Position numbers and translations under genes: made by a program | Notes under the pieces: generated by a model | Database searches by the model: none | Told to the model about the DNA's origin: nothing | The model's input: the letters and a program-made list of their open reading frames with translations, nothing else | Assembly (NCBI RefSeq): GCF_001194135.2 | Contig: NC_068986.1 | Location: forward strand, 58,173,163-58,237,162 | From: Octopus bimaculoides | Lineage: Eukaryota | Direction: 5' to 3' | DNA: 64,000 nt | Shown: piece by piece, positions 1 through 13,882 of the stretch | Position numbering within the stretch: position 1 is the first letter of the stretch | How the letters are laid out: each line of letters starts with the position of its first letter

Positions 1-791
1 TTATTTGAACAAAATTTGGCTTTTTTTTTGCACGTCAAACAGCCAACTATAAATCTCTGGACTCATCCATGTAGACGGCACGAAGGGTCTTGGTACCATA
101 TGTGTGTACTTGTGAGACGAATATACATAACTAAACACTTTGAGTACAGCCCGTCATCTCCTTAAGGACACCACTACAAACATGTACCGAATCGACCTCT
201 GTCTACGGCAAGTCACCACTTATCTCCTCAAATTCTAGAGGTTATATTTAAGTGAATGCTTAGTACCCACCCCAATCCCAAAGACAGACCAAATTGATCA
301 AAAGCTTCCCAGCCCAGTGACTCCATTGTTAAATACTTCCTTCGTTATTTAAAACACTAGTGTATATTTTTGAGGGGCTTTTGGCTACTATTTCTAGCGA
401 GAAGTATGTCCACATAGAGCTACCACCAACAGTCACAATATTTCTTTGTTCGCGATATGATACTTATATTAGCACTGATCAAGGAAGAATGAAAACAGAG
501 GAGGAGGGAAGGGCAAAGTTCAACTCGAACAGATTTGAGACCTGAACGTAAAGGACCCTCACCTAATGGACCAAGACATTTGGTCCGTCATTTGAATAAT
601 TTGATGCTGTCACACCACCACCTGAATAACGATAAAACAGTCGGTGGTTAAGATGAGAGGTAAATATCGATACTCGGCAGATTTTCAATTCAGAGCATAA
701 AGGGACATAACAATATAGCCCGTAGCATTTCATCCGGCATTCATTACAGCTTTCCGCCTCATACTTTCCAAGAAGCAACAACAACAACAAT

Positions 792-1439
792 AATATTCCT
801 TTCTATTATAGGCACAAGGTCTGAAATTGTGGGGGAGGAAACTAGTCGATTACACCGATCCCAGTGTTTTACTGGTACTTAATTTATCGACCACGAAAGG
901 ATGAAAGTCGACCTAGGTGGAATTTGAACTCAGAACGTAGCTACGGGAGAAATACCGCTAGGCATTTAGTCCAGCGTGCTAACGATTCTACCAGCTCGCC
1001 GCTTTAACAACAACAACAATAATAATAATAATTCTTACTACTAAAGGCACAAACCCTGAAATTTGGGTTGGAAGGGACTAGTCGATTACACCGACACCAG
1101 TGTTACACAGATATTTAATTTATCGATCCCGAAAGGGTGAAAGGCAAAGATGACCCCGGCGGTATTTGAACTTAGAACATGAAGACGGGCGAAATGCCGC
1201 CAAGGATTTTGCCCGGTGTGACAACGATTCTGCCAGATCGCCCAGTACGGCTTTCAAATTTTGGAAATTTTAATGGGAGGCGGGGCAAGTTCATTACATC
1301 AACCCCCAGTGCTTAACTGGTACATAATTTTAACGCACCCGAAACGGATGAATTTTGAACTCGGAAAGTTAAAAGTCGAAAGAAGACTCGCTAAGCATTT
1401 TGTCCGACACGCTAACGATTCTGACAGCTTGCCACCTTA
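792..1439 (-). mobile_element. Three head-to-tail copies of tRNA-derived SINE-A (792-1005, 1028-1242, 1252-1439)
   Basis: Reverse complement shows the head ggcg(a/g)gctggcagaatcgttag (A box), gttc(t/a)gagttcaaattcc (B box), the body gtcgactttgcctttcatcc and the tail ccttgtgcctatagtagaaagg-(ATT)n. Copies 1 and 2 are separated by (AAC/AAT)n. Confidence 0.9.
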
Positions 1440-2377
1440 TAAAAACAATAAATGTGTATGTATGTATGTATGCATACATATATACACTCATATGCATAGG
1501 TGTATGTATGCATAATATATATATATACATATATATACACACATACAAATATATGTGTGTACGTATATATGCATACATACATACGAACATAAANNNNNNN
1601 NNNNNNNNNNNNNNNNNNNNNNNNNNNNNNNNNNNNNNNNNNNNNNNNNNNNNNNNNNNNNNNNNNNNNNNNNNNNNNNNNNNNNNNNNNNNNNNNNNNN
1701 NNNNNNNNNNNNNNNNNNNNNNNNNNNNNNNNNNNNNNNNNNNNNNNNNNNNNNNNNNNNNNNNNNNNNNNNNNNNNNNNNNNNNNNNNNNNNNNNNNNN
1801 NNNNNNNNNNNNNNNNNNNNNNNNNNNNNNNNNNNNNNNNNNNNNNNNNNNNNNNNNNNNNNNNNNNNNNNNNNNNNNNNNNNNNNNNNNNNNNNNNNNN
1901 NNNNNNNNNNNNNNNNNNNNNNNNNNNNNNNNNNNNNNNNNNNNNNNNNNNNNNNNNNNNNNNNNNNNNNNNNNNNNNNNNNNNNNNNNNNNNNNNNNNN
2001 NNNNNNNNNNNNNNNNNNNNNNNNNNNNNNNNNNNNNNNNNNNNNNNNNNNNNNNNNNNNNNNNNNNNNNNNNNNNNNNNNNNNNNNNNNNNNNNNNNNN
2101 NNNNNNNNNNNNNNNNNNNNNNNNNNNNNNNNNNNNNNNNNNNNTATATATATATATATATATATTTGTATGTATGTATGTATGCATACATATATACACT
2201 CATATGCATAGGTGTATGTATGCATAATATATATATATACATATATATACACACATACAAATATATGTGTGTACGTATATATGCATACATACATACGAAC
2301 ATAAATACACACATATATGTATACATATATATACACATACATACACGCGCGCATTTTATATACGCGCACACACAGAC

Positions 2378-2379
<2 letters not shown>

Positions 2380-2460
<81 letters not shown>
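2380..2460. repeat. (GT)n microsatellite
   Basis: Uninterrupted tgtgtg run. Confidence 0.98.
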
Positions 2461-2464
<4 letters not shown>

Positions 2465-2734
2465 CGCGCGTGTGTGTATGTGGCAAAACATGACAATTTT
2501 ATATTTCTACTTAACTTTTCCCTACCTAAATCCTTGTGAAAACAAATTTTGAAATTGTCATCCAGTTTTTGAAATTAACATTTTAATTTCTTCAGGAAAA
2601 AAATGCAAAAATATAGATATATTCATTTGTGTATATAATTATAAACACACACACATTGTGTATATTTATACAAATATACACAAACATACATTATGTAACA
2701 AAGACACATGTACACATATATATCATATATATAT

Positions 2735-3341
2735 TTGTTTGAGTCATTTGACTGCGGCCATGCTGGAGCACCGCCTTTAGTCGAACAAATTGACCCCAGG
2801 ACTTATTCTTTGTAAGCCTAGTACTTATTCTATCGGTGGCTTTTGCCGAACCGCTAAGTTACGGGTACTTAAACACACCAACATTGGTTGTCAAGCGATG
2901 GTGCAGGGACCAACACAGACACACAAACATAAACATATATCCTTTTACTTGTTTCAGTCATTTGACTGCTGCCATACTGGAGCACCGCCTTTATAGTTGA
3001 GCAAATCGACCCCAGAGCTTATTCTTTGTAAGCCTAGTACTTATTCTATCGGTGGCTTTTGCCAAACCGCTAAGTTACGGGAGCGTCAACACACCACAAT
3101 CAGTTGTCAAGCGATGCTGGGGGAACAAACAAACAAACACACACACACACACACAGACATATATATATATATATATATATACACAACAGGCTTCTTTCAG
3201 TTTCCGTCTACCAAATTCACTCACAAGACTTCGGTCGGCCCGATGCTATAGTAGCAGACACTTGCCCAACGTGCCACGCAGTGGGACTGAACTCGGAACC
3301 ATGTGGTTGGTAAGCAAACTACTTACCACACAGCCACTCCT
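2735..3341 (-). mobile_element. SINE-B: 3' half (2735-2935) plus a full-length copy (2943-3341); tRNA head with CORE-like segment
   Basis: RC head aggagtggctgtgtggtaagtag...ggttccgagttcagtcccactgcgtggcacgttgggcaagtgtc (A/B boxes; gggcaagt resembles the CORE-SINE core start), internal (TA/CA)n, tail gaataagtactaggcttacaaagaataag...ggggtcgat...gactaaaggcggtgctccagcatggccgcagtcaaatgact. Confidence 0.9.
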
Positions 3342-3855
3342 GTATATTACGCATATTTCTATGCCACACGCACATATGTGTAAGTATATGCATGCGTTGA
3401 GGTATGAACACATACAAAAAAGTGTGTACGTGTGACTGCTTTGATTCTTTTACAGGTTTCAATCATTCGAGTGTNNNNNNNNNNNNNNNNNNNNNNNNNN
3501 NNNNNNNNNNNNNNNNNNNNNNNNNNNNNNNNNNNNNNNNNNNNNNNNNNNNNNNNNNNNNNNNNNNNNNNNNNNNNNNNNNNNNNNNNNNNNNNNNNNN
3601 NNNNNNNNNNNNNNNNNNNNNNNNNNNNNNNNNNNNNNNNNNNNNNNNNNNNNNNNNNNNNNNNNNNNNNNNNNNNNNNNNNNNNNNNNNNNNNNNNNNN
3701 NNNNNNNNNNNNNNNNNNNNNNNNNNNNNNNNNNNNNNNNNNNNNNNNNNNNNNNNNNNNNNNNNNNNNNNNNNNNNNNNNNNNNNNNNNNNNNNNNNNN
3801 NNNNNNNNNNNNNNNNNTATATATATATATATATACACACACATTTATATATGTG

Positions 3856-3886
<31 letters not shown>

Positions 3887-3969
3887 ATATATATGTATGC
3901 AAGTATGTATGTATGTATGTATGTATGTATGTATGTATGTATGTATGTATGTATGTATGCACACGCATC

Positions 3970-4075
3970 CACTTTGTCATTCTGTCGGGACCGATAAAAT
4001 AGATACCAGTTGAGCACTGGGTCAATGTAATCGACTGCTCTAAAAAATTATTGGCCTTGTGCTAAAATTTGAAAT
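3970..4075 (+). mobile_element. SINE-A 3' half
   Basis: gataaaatagataccagttgagcactgggtcaatgtaatcgact...ggccttgtgc matches the SINE-A body/tail. Confidence 0.7.
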
Positions 4076-5940
4076 TGTTGTTGTTATTATTATTAGTGTT
4101 AGTGGGGTTCTTCGATTATCCCTAGAGGCGTTCCTGTATCAAGAGGGTCACATCTCTATCATCCTCGCCGCATTTTTTTAAAAACTTTTATGCTATGCAT
4201 ATGTCTCTTCTTTTTCAGTGTCTACAGTATATACTTACATTTTTTTAATCATTTCATTATCATACGTAAACCCCTACACTTTATGTCTGTCTCTGTATTG
4301 TCCCCCTCATCCTTCGCCCTAGTGGCAAATAAATGAAATCATTATTATTATTATTATTCATTTTTTAACGTATACATCACCCTCATAAAAAGATGAAAAA
4401 AATGAATCGGTATCACTAATTTTAAATATAGTACTTAGCCAAAGTGTGAGCCTTCATGTGATCGCCTAAATTGCAAAATTTCGTAGCCAAATTTTCTCTC
4501 AAAATCGCACAGCCCTACTCTACGGTAATTAAAAGAAAACAAAAATTTTACATCACGAATATAGAAAAACGTGCGGTCATAGATCGAATGCTTTTAGTCA
4601 TACCTAAGTACGCGTTTGGTGCTAAAGAACAGTACTTTTGATAACTAGATATATATTGGATGAGTGCTAGGTTTGCTCCGATATAGCAACTAAATTTTCT
4701 TCTAATTATACCGCCTTAAAATAAGACGGCTACATCTAGTTTCTTGCCTGTAACCCATATTAGGATGGTCATACCTGATTTTCGGGCCCTAACAAGAACA
4801 ACTGCTACACACACATATGTATGTTTGTATGAATATATATATATATATATATATATGTATGAATATATATATATATATATANNNNNNNNNNNNNNNNNNN
4901 NNNNNNNNNNNNNNNNNNNNNNNNNNNNNNNNNNNNNNNNNNNNNNNNNNNNNNNNNNNNNNNNNNNNNNNNNNNNNNNNNNNNNNNNNNNNNNNNNNNN
5001 NNNNNNNNNNNNNNNNNNNNNNNNNNNNNNNNNNNNNNNNNNNNNNNNNNNNNNNNNNNNNNNNNNNNNNNNNNNNNNNNNNNNNNNNNNNNNNNNNNNN
5101 NNNNNNNNNNNNNNNNNNNNNNNNNNNNNNNNNNNNNNNNNNNNNNNNNNNNNNNNNNNNNNNNNNNNNNNNNNNNNNNNNNNNNNNNNNNNNNNNNNNN
5201 NNNNNNNNNNNNNNNNNNNNNNNNNNNNNNNNNNNNNNNNNNNNNNNNNNNNNNNNNNNNNNNNNNNNNNNNNNNNNNNNNNNNNNNNNNNNNNNNNNNN
5301 NNNNNNNNNNNNNNNNNNNNNNNNNNNNNNNNNNNNNNNNNNNNNNNNNNNNNNNNNNNNNNNNNNNNNNNNNNNNNNNNNNNNNNNNNNNNNNNNNNNN
5401 NNNNNNNNNNNNNNNNNNNNNNNNNNNNNNNNNNNNNNNNNNNNNNNNNNNNNNNNNNNNNNNNNNNNNNNNNNNNNNNNNNNNNNNNNNNNNNNNNNNN
5501 NNNNNNNNNNNNNNNNNNNNNNNNNNNNNNNNNNNNNNNNNNNNNNNNNNNNNNNNNNNNNNNNNNNNNNNNNNNNNNNNNNNNNNNNNNNNNNNNNNNN
5601 NNNNNNNNNNNNNNNNNNNNNNNNNNNNNNNNNNNNNNNNNNNNNNNNNNNNNNNNNNNNNNNNNNNNNNNNNNNNNTAAGCAGTGTTATTTTGTTTATG
5701 GCCCCATAACTTAGTGTCTCGGCAAAAGGACAACTGATAATGTATCAGATTTAAAAAGAAAAAAATACTGAGTTTGATTTAGATTGATTTAACCCCCTTA
5801 AGGTAGTGCCCTGTAATGCTACACACACACAAACATACACACAAAATCCTGAAATATTTTCTAAAAAAAAAAAAAGACTCTCAGTTCTGAGGCACACCTC
5901 TAAACCCCTAACCCAGCTGGATACAAAATTACATCTCTAT

Positions 5941-5979
<39 letters not shown>

Positions 5980-6399
5980 CTCACCTCACATCCTACAAAT
6001 GCTAAAAGGAACAAAAAAGCATGTTTGATAAAATAATAATATTGATGATTTCTAACAGAGGTCAGGACATGGTCAAAAAGTTGCTAAGCTACTGACTGAC
6101 CACTTTATTTTATTCATTATATATTTATTTTCCATTGAAATTAGTCTTTTTTTGTTGTTGTTTTTTCACTGTGCCAACAAACTCTCTTTATACTGTTCAC
6201 AAACAATTCAGTCTCTTCTGTTTCACATACCTACACAGCCTTAGCTGAGGTCATACCACGAATGTTTTTCTTAAAATATAAATACTATCACACTACCCTC
6301 ACCGCTGGCCCCAAGAGGGTTCACACGCTCCTTTCCTCATCAACAAAATTGCCGAAAAGGATCTGTGAGCCAAAGACGAAGCCTTATGCGGGTTGTAGT

Positions 6400-6950
6400 G
6401 TGTGTAAAAAATAGCAACCAAATCTCCCTCAAATCACATCCTACCGGCTTATGGAAAAAAAACCTAGCGCAGAGGTTCTCAACCATTTTTATCTGCGGAG
6501 CCCTTTAATTACTATTTTATTCTTGTGGACCCCCATAGCCATTCGATGTTTAAAAACTAGTTTTATAGATACTTCTTTCAAAATTCCTATTTTGTTTTTC
6601 ACACAATAATTTCTGTAAGTTGAACTATGGTAAAATGTTAGAGAAAGAAACCTGGCTGCTTCTCGCAATACATATCAATACATACATCTAAAACAATTTT
6701 TCAGGAACCTTTAAAATATTATTGTGACTCACCCATTTACTATTTCGTTGTGTGGACCCCCTAAAAATCTTATATAGCCCCTCAGGGGCCATATGGACCT
6801 TGCTGGAGAACCACTGACTTAGCGCTTCGGCAAAGGAACGGCGATGGTGTTGGGTTGGGTCTCTGCATATGTAAAATAAGAGGTGATAGTCACGGCTGAA
6901 TTGCCTTTGATCCTAGTTTGCTCAATCAAGTCCGACCTGGACTAAACAAC
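6400..6950 (+). repeat. Dispersed repeat family E (core aatagcagccaaatctccctcaaatcacac ... gatggtcacggctggaatgcctttgatc ... gactaaacaacaa), split by a MITE
   Basis: The same core recurs near 10270-10420, 12380-12870, 28200-28440, 29060-29320, 36600-36800, 43530-43960, 50760-50935 and 56400-56960 in both orientations. Confidence 0.75.
6470..6816. mobile_element. hAT (Charlie/MER5-like) MITE, 347 bp
   Basis: TIRs cagaggttctcaacc (6470) and gctggagaaccactg (ending 6816). 8-bp TSD acctagcg (6462-6469) / acttagcg (6817-6824), 7 of 8 identical. Confidence 0.85.
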
Positions 6951-7210
6951 AAGTGTCGGCTAAATATAGCAGCCAAATCTCACTCTACGCTCATAAATGA
7001 AGAAGTCTGCCTTTACACAACATACTCCATGATATAAAAAAAAAAAATAAAATGACAGTCATGTTTTAGATAAACTTGATCATAAAACTGCCGCTGGTTA
7101 AAGAACATGGTTAGCAACGCTCTTTCTGCCTTGCTAAATTTAAACCATTTACAAGTACACACGGAGATTTTAATGTACAAATATCTATCATTCTCTCAAT
7201 TTAGCAATCT

Positions 7211-7330
<120 letters not shown>

Positions 7331-7961
7331 TGAAATCTTATCTACACTTGTACAAAGTACTTGTGCACAAGGTTCATTTTAGAAACGATTTCTATGCCAT
7401 TCATACCTTTCTGTTAGCTCCCAACCTTGAATACACACCCACACACAAAATATGTTTATAATTTTTATATGCAGCGTATGGATACGGTTATAAAGACAAG
7501 ATTTACATATAACTATAGCAAAGAACTAAATTAGCTGATATTACTTGAGTTATCACTCTTATTTGAAGCCTTCGGATTTTGAATGCCCGTAAAGGTGAAT
7601 AGAAAAATTAATTTTGATACACTGAGATTATCTTTGCAATTAAGGATCATATATATATATATATATACATACATATATATGTGTGTGTGTGTGTGTGTGC
7701 GCGTGTGTGTGTAAATATATATATNNNNNNNNNNNNNNNNNNNNNNNNNNNNNNNNNNNNNNNNNNNNNNNNNNNNNNNNNNNNNNNNNNNNNNNNNNNN
7801 NNNNNNNNNNNNNNNNNNNNNNNNNNNNNNNNNNNNNNNNNNNNNNNNNNNNNNNNNNNNNNNNNNNNNNNNNNNNNNNNNNNNNNNNNNNNNNNNNNNN
7901 NNNNNNNNNNNNNNNNNNNNNNNNNNNNNNNNNNNNNNNNNNNNNNNNNNNNNNNNNNNNN

Positions 7962-8017
<56 letters not shown>

Positions 8018-8959
8018 GTATTTGCATACATGAGTGCGAATATGTACATGTATGTATAACACGGTGAATTATAATCTTGGTAGCTATTAAAAATGTGTCT
8101 CTAACTTCGGAACCTCACTGTTCCGAGTTCAAATCTAACTCAGGAATGACTTCCACATAAATCCTCTCGGAGCTGTTAAAATTAATGCTTGCATTTGATC
8201 GAGTAGAGGCGCCGTAATATTGGCTCAGTGCCGATTCAAAAGAAATATATGTAATAGATGTATAGACGTCAGTGCAAATAAGAAGGAGAAAATAGAGAAC
8301 ACGATAGCAAGATTAGAGTAAAATAATTTACTTGAAGTTGAAGGTTAACAAATGGTTAATCGGCATTTCTTTTTGTCGATCTCTACTCGTTTATATATTT
8401 TTGCATGTGTGTGTTATTATTTGTGAGAGAATTCATTATATTTACTGCAGATTAACACAAACACACACACACACACTTATATCTGTTTGTATATGGATGT
8501 ATATACATACAAGCATACTCACACGTTTTAGTTCACGTAAGTATATAAAGTAAATATGTATAAAAATATATATGTATGCACATATGAAACTATGAGGGTG
8601 TGGATGGGTGAACACATTGTATGTTCACATGCGTATTTTAATGTGTGTGTGTGTGTGGTTCAGCCTCTGCGTTTATTTTACACAATGAGGTTATGTAATT
8701 TTATGCACTTATCCACACATCCTCTATACTAAGCTAGTTAGGTAGTTCGTAGGCGCCACCAACAAATGTACTAATATACAAATGAACAAAATCCGTGCCT
8801 ATTACTGTCAGCATTTTTCATAATTAGATGTAAATTTCTCTCTCACTCCCTTTATCGAACGATGATCCGAGAACCTGGTGAAACTCATCGACTCGTTCCT
8901 CGGTTCAATTTACTGAGAGATTCCTGTGATTTATATCGGGTTTATTTTGGCAGCGTGGC

Positions 8960-9188
8960 TAGTGTCTTTTACTGTAGTCGCAGACCGACCAAAGCCGTGA
9001 GTAGATTTGGCAGAAGAAAACTGAAAGAAGCCCGTCATGTGTATGTCTGTGTTTGTCCCAGTAACTTAGTGGTTCGACAAAAAGGTCCGACAGAATAAGT
9101 AGCCCGCTTAAAAATAAACCATTGAAGGTGGTCCCAGCATGCCGGTAGTCCCACAACTGAAACAACTAAAACATAAAAAAGGTAAAAG

Positions 9189-9190
<2 letters not shown>
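8960..9190 (+). mobile_element. SINE-B, diverged, head missing
   Basis: gaccgaccaaagccgtgagtagatttggcagaagaaaactgaaagaagcccgtc...gtaacttagtggttcgacaaaa...ggtggtcccagcatg. Confidence 0.8.
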
Positions 9191-9229
<39 letters not shown>

Positions 9230-11359
9230 AATACACATATATATATATATACATATATGTGTGGGGAGGATGGCAAATGCATGTATGTGTATATGTATTT
9301 ATATGCATATTTAAATGCCTATGTATGTGTGTGGGAGGGTATAATATGTGTGTGTGTGTATGGGTGTGTTTATCTATGATCTTGCATGTCTATATGTGTA
9401 GATAGATAGATAGACATGTTATAATATATATTCCATTTTTCCTTGCTTCGACGGCAGTACTCAACTGGACAATTAAATCGGGTCACACGGTATGGGTGAA
9501 AGATGGAAAGAGGTGTAATATAAAGAATGTGAACAGTTAAAGAAGAAACTTCACAAACAAAAGAAACGAATATGTCAGGCTATTAAAATTGGCCTTAGTT
9601 TAATTTATAGTGGCTATTATTGTTGTTATGATCAAAAGTAACCCAGACGGGGCTATCTCGTCTGGAGTTTTTTCCTTTCCTTTCTTTCTTTACAGGTATC
9701 AAAGAAAACACGCTACTCTTGTCTGAATCTTAGCCACGAGGTCTTAAACAAGTTAAAGAAATAAATAATATCAGTAACTACATTCTGTAGAATCTGATAG
9801 TGATTTAATTACTATTTTTAGTAACTTGAGTGACCAGTAAAGAATTCATTTGATAATAGCGATGCTCTGGTCATCGCTATTTGGTGTTACAGAAACAAAA
9901 TTCAACACCAAATATATAAACACCAATTCTGTTTTACGCTCCACTTTGTTTCTAGACATAATTATTTAATAATACTTCTTTGTAGGAAGTTAAAAGTTAC
10001 CTGGACATTTTTCTAGGAAAGTTACCTTAGAGAGACTAGCAGCCTTTCCAGGATGTATAATGTTGATCAAATCTTGTTACCACACGCATAATGGCTTTAC
10101 ATAAAGTGAATTCGATCATGGTGGTTGGGCGCAATAGAATTAATTAACCACTAAACCTATCGTATGATTTAAGAGAAATACGTATAAATAGTTTGATCAC
10201 TGTAGTCCTGATGGTCATGTTGGAACGCCTTTGATCAGAGAACTAACTTGGTGCTAAGCAATATTAACTTTTTATATGGTAGCTCGAACTGCTACAAATA
10301 GCAGTCAAATTGCCTCCGAATTACAAACATTCCATCTTGAACAGGAGTGAAATTACATAATGTGGCCCTGGATACTTCATACATTCATCAAAACGGATGA
10401 CGTGAACGGATACCCACGACCCTTCTTGATTCCTGGAGAGTAAAGGAAGAGTCAAATCCAGGATATGACAGGTACCTTACTGATCCCAGGGGAATGAAAG
10501 GAAGCTCGCACGATTAGACCAATTCGTTAGCCAATGCCATATGAGTCAACTTGGTAGACGAATCTGTGCGGAAGAGCCAGTCGTGTTTGTTGTATACCTG
10601 TGCCTGTGTGTCTCAGCGCCCGACGACCGGTCAAGGTTTATTTACGACCGTGTAATATAGTAGTCTGACAATCAGTGACCAACAGGAAAAGTACTGCAGT
10701 TGATTTGATCATTAAAGGTTTTCAAGGTGTTTCCCTTGCATGTTCCTAGTGAATGGCTGAAACACTACCCTATGCCAAATTTAAATAAAACATCTACGTA
10801 TTAAACACTCACATACACAAACATCAGTTATTTACATAGAATGTGTGTGTGTGTGTATGCTGGCGCGCGCGCGCGTTTGAGTGAGCACGTACATTTGAAT
10901 ACAGTTGATCGAGTAAAATATTTGCGGGCAAACAAACAAGAGAAGGAAACGGGCGTTCGTTCCCTACTATCGGTACAATGCTATGCTCAGAGCTGAAATT
11001 CATATTTACTTTAGTAATTATAGTAGGACTAACAACACACACTTTCACACATTCGGGTGAGCATATGCAGCGGTAACGCTACAAAAGTCAGTAGCGTTTA
11101 AGTTTCTCTCTGAACCGTATAATGATACAAAACTTGGGAATAAGTACTATCCAGGTGATAAGTAGATTTCCCCCAGCAAATGGATACATGTATGATGTGT
11201 GTGTGTGTCAAATCGCCAAGTTTATCTTGTGTTCCTGTAGTAGCTGTAATCTTGTTTATATGTGTAATAAATGCACTACGGGAAATATAAACCAATGTTT
11301 GACTTATTAATAAATATATTCTTTGTAATATTTTTCGCAACGTGTTCATTATATGTATA

Positions 11360-11480
11360 TCATTTGTTTTAGTCACTAGGCTGCGGCCATGGAGAATTTT
11401 TAGCGGATTGAATTGACCCCAGTACTTATTTTTTCTCGGGCCAAGTACTTATTCTATCGTCTCTTTGGCCGAACCGCTAA
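11360..11480 (-). mobile_element. SINE-B 3' fragment
   Basis: gtcactaggctgcggccatgg...attgaccccagtacttatt...gtacttattctatcg...gccgaaccgctaa. Confidence 0.75.
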
Positions 11481-13014
11481 TGAATATATATTTAGTATTT
11501 CAGTGATGAGTAAAATATCAATTTATAACTAATGATACACTTCAAGATGCCTTGATGATTTACACACAGACATACATATAGATATATAATAAACGACAAT
11601 ACGTTTTTTTTTTTTTTTGGTAAATAATAAAAATATGACGTAATGTCTCATAGCAGTTTTAAAAAATGAGATATTAGAGAAAAAAAATCTCATAATATTA
11701 ATGGGCAGAACAAATAAGATAGTTTGGTATTGATGCCAAATAACCAGAATCTTACATATTGTTCTACTCTATAGTAGCCATATGTTCGAGTAAGATATGA
11801 ATTACGTTTAATATAATTAATAACTCAGTGTGTGCGTGTATGTGCAAAAATGAACAAGTATACGTATGTATATNNNNNNNNNNNNNNNNNNNNNNNNNNN
11901 NNNNNNNNNNNNNNNNNNNNNNNNNNNNNNNNNNNNNNNNNNNNNNNNTATATATATATATATATATATACACACGTGTACGTGTACACACGTACACACG
12001 TACACACACACACACACAGAGTAAAGTTTGTTTTGCAAAGCGAAACTCTCTCATGTTTCGGGTAAAACCCTCTTTCAGTTAGGAAATACGCACACGCAGA
12101 AATACTTGTACATAAATGTTATGCTTCTCTATATGTTTGTATGCAAGGTACCTTTTTTTTTTATATATATACTCTCTGTATAAATGAATAGATGCAAATG
12201 TTTTAGTGATTTTATTTTCAAACAAGGTAACAAGGCACACCTTCATCTAGAAAGATTTCAGTATTCAGTGAAACACGTGGATGTGGAAGTTATTTTTTGT
12301 TTCCAGCGGCGTTTTATTTAGTTGATAGTAAAGTTCTTCCCTCTGTATTAATATCGAAGGTCTAACACAATATGTTTCGCGGTTGTTGTTGAACTCCAGC
12401 TTAGCCCTAATCGAGCGCAACTACTATCAAATATTTTCCAACAGTGACCAACTCGTAAATTTGTATACCTAGGACTATATTATCCGATATTTTGGTGATG
12501 TTGCTTAGTCCGATCGGGTTATAATGGAACAAACATGATTAAACAACATTCCAGACGGGGCCATCTTTATTTTATAATTAAAAATAGTAATAGTAATTTA
12601 TGCGATTTGAGGGAAAAGTGGTTGCTAAGTTTAGCATTTCAAGCATCTGGCTATAGCTTGGCCTCGCATTAGCTTGTTTTTCTCCGAACAGGCATAATCA
12701 GACGTTTCAACCATGGCCATCGCATCATTTTCGAGCTATGAAGGCAATATTGACCAATATGTTCTGTCTTTACATAAGATAGTAACGTGCGATTTCGGAG
12801 GATTTGGTTGCTATTTTTAAAACCCCTGCTATACTCAACGTACAGCTATATACTTACATATATGTATACATATCTAAATATACATAGATCTTTATACACA
12901 CAGGCTTCCATATACATATTTACGCTGGTATAATGAGGAACGCTTAGCTGCTACAGCATGTAGATGGAACGCCAGTTCACTCGGGTATATAATAGCCACA
13001 AGTAGCTAATTCAT

Positions 13015-13023
13015 TATTATTAT

Positions 13024-13079
<56 letters not shown>

Positions 13080-13080
13080 A
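13015..13080. repeat. (ATT)n(AGT)n microsatellite
   Basis: Direct reading. Confidence 0.95.
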
Positions 13081-13840
13081 TGTTGACTATACAAATAGCA
13101 TAATAGCGTAGAGAAAAATATTTTTATATGGCGTGTAACCAAATTTGAATCTATGGAGAAAAGCAAGTAGATATATATATATATATATATATATANNNNN
13201 NNNNNNNNNNNNNNNNNNNNNNNNNNNNNNNNNNNNNNNNNNNNNNNNNNNNNNNNNNNNNNNNNNNNNNNNNNNNNNNNNNNNNNNNNNNNNNNNNNNN
13301 NNNNNNNNNNNNNNNNNNNNNNNNNNNNNNNNNNNNNNNNNNNNNNNNNNNNNNNNNNNNNNNNNNNNNNNNNNNNNNNNNNNNNNNNNNNNNNNNNNNN
13401 NNNNNNNNNNNNNNNNNNNNNNNNNNNNNNNNNNNNNNNNNNNNNNNNNNNNNNNNNNNNNNNNNNNNNNNNNNNNNNNNNNNNNNNNNNNNNNNNNNNN
13501 NNNNNNNNNNNNNNNNNNNNNNNNNNNNNNNNNNNNNNNNNNNNNNNNNNNNNNNNNNNNNNNNNNNNNNNNNNNNNNNNNNNNNNNNNNNNNNNNNNNN
13601 NNNNNNNNNNNNNNNNNNNNNNNNNNNNNNNNNNNNNNNNNNNNNNNNNNNNNNNNNNNNNNNNNNNNNNNNNNNNNNNNNNNNNNNNNNNNNNNNNNNN
13701 NNNNNNNNNNNNNNNNNNNNNNNNNNNNNNNNNNNNNNNNNNNNNNNNNNNNNNNNNNNNNNNNNNNNNNNNNNNNNNNNNNNNNNNNNNNNNNNNNNNN
13801 NNNNNNNNNNNNNNNNNNNNNNNNNNNNNNNNNNNNNNNN

Positions 13841-13882
<42 letters not shown>

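Noticed and set aside
225-350. Peptide PIPKTDQIDQKLPSPVTPLLN resembling an RT IPK..RPI motif
   Set aside because: Similarity is too weak and no further RT motifs follow.
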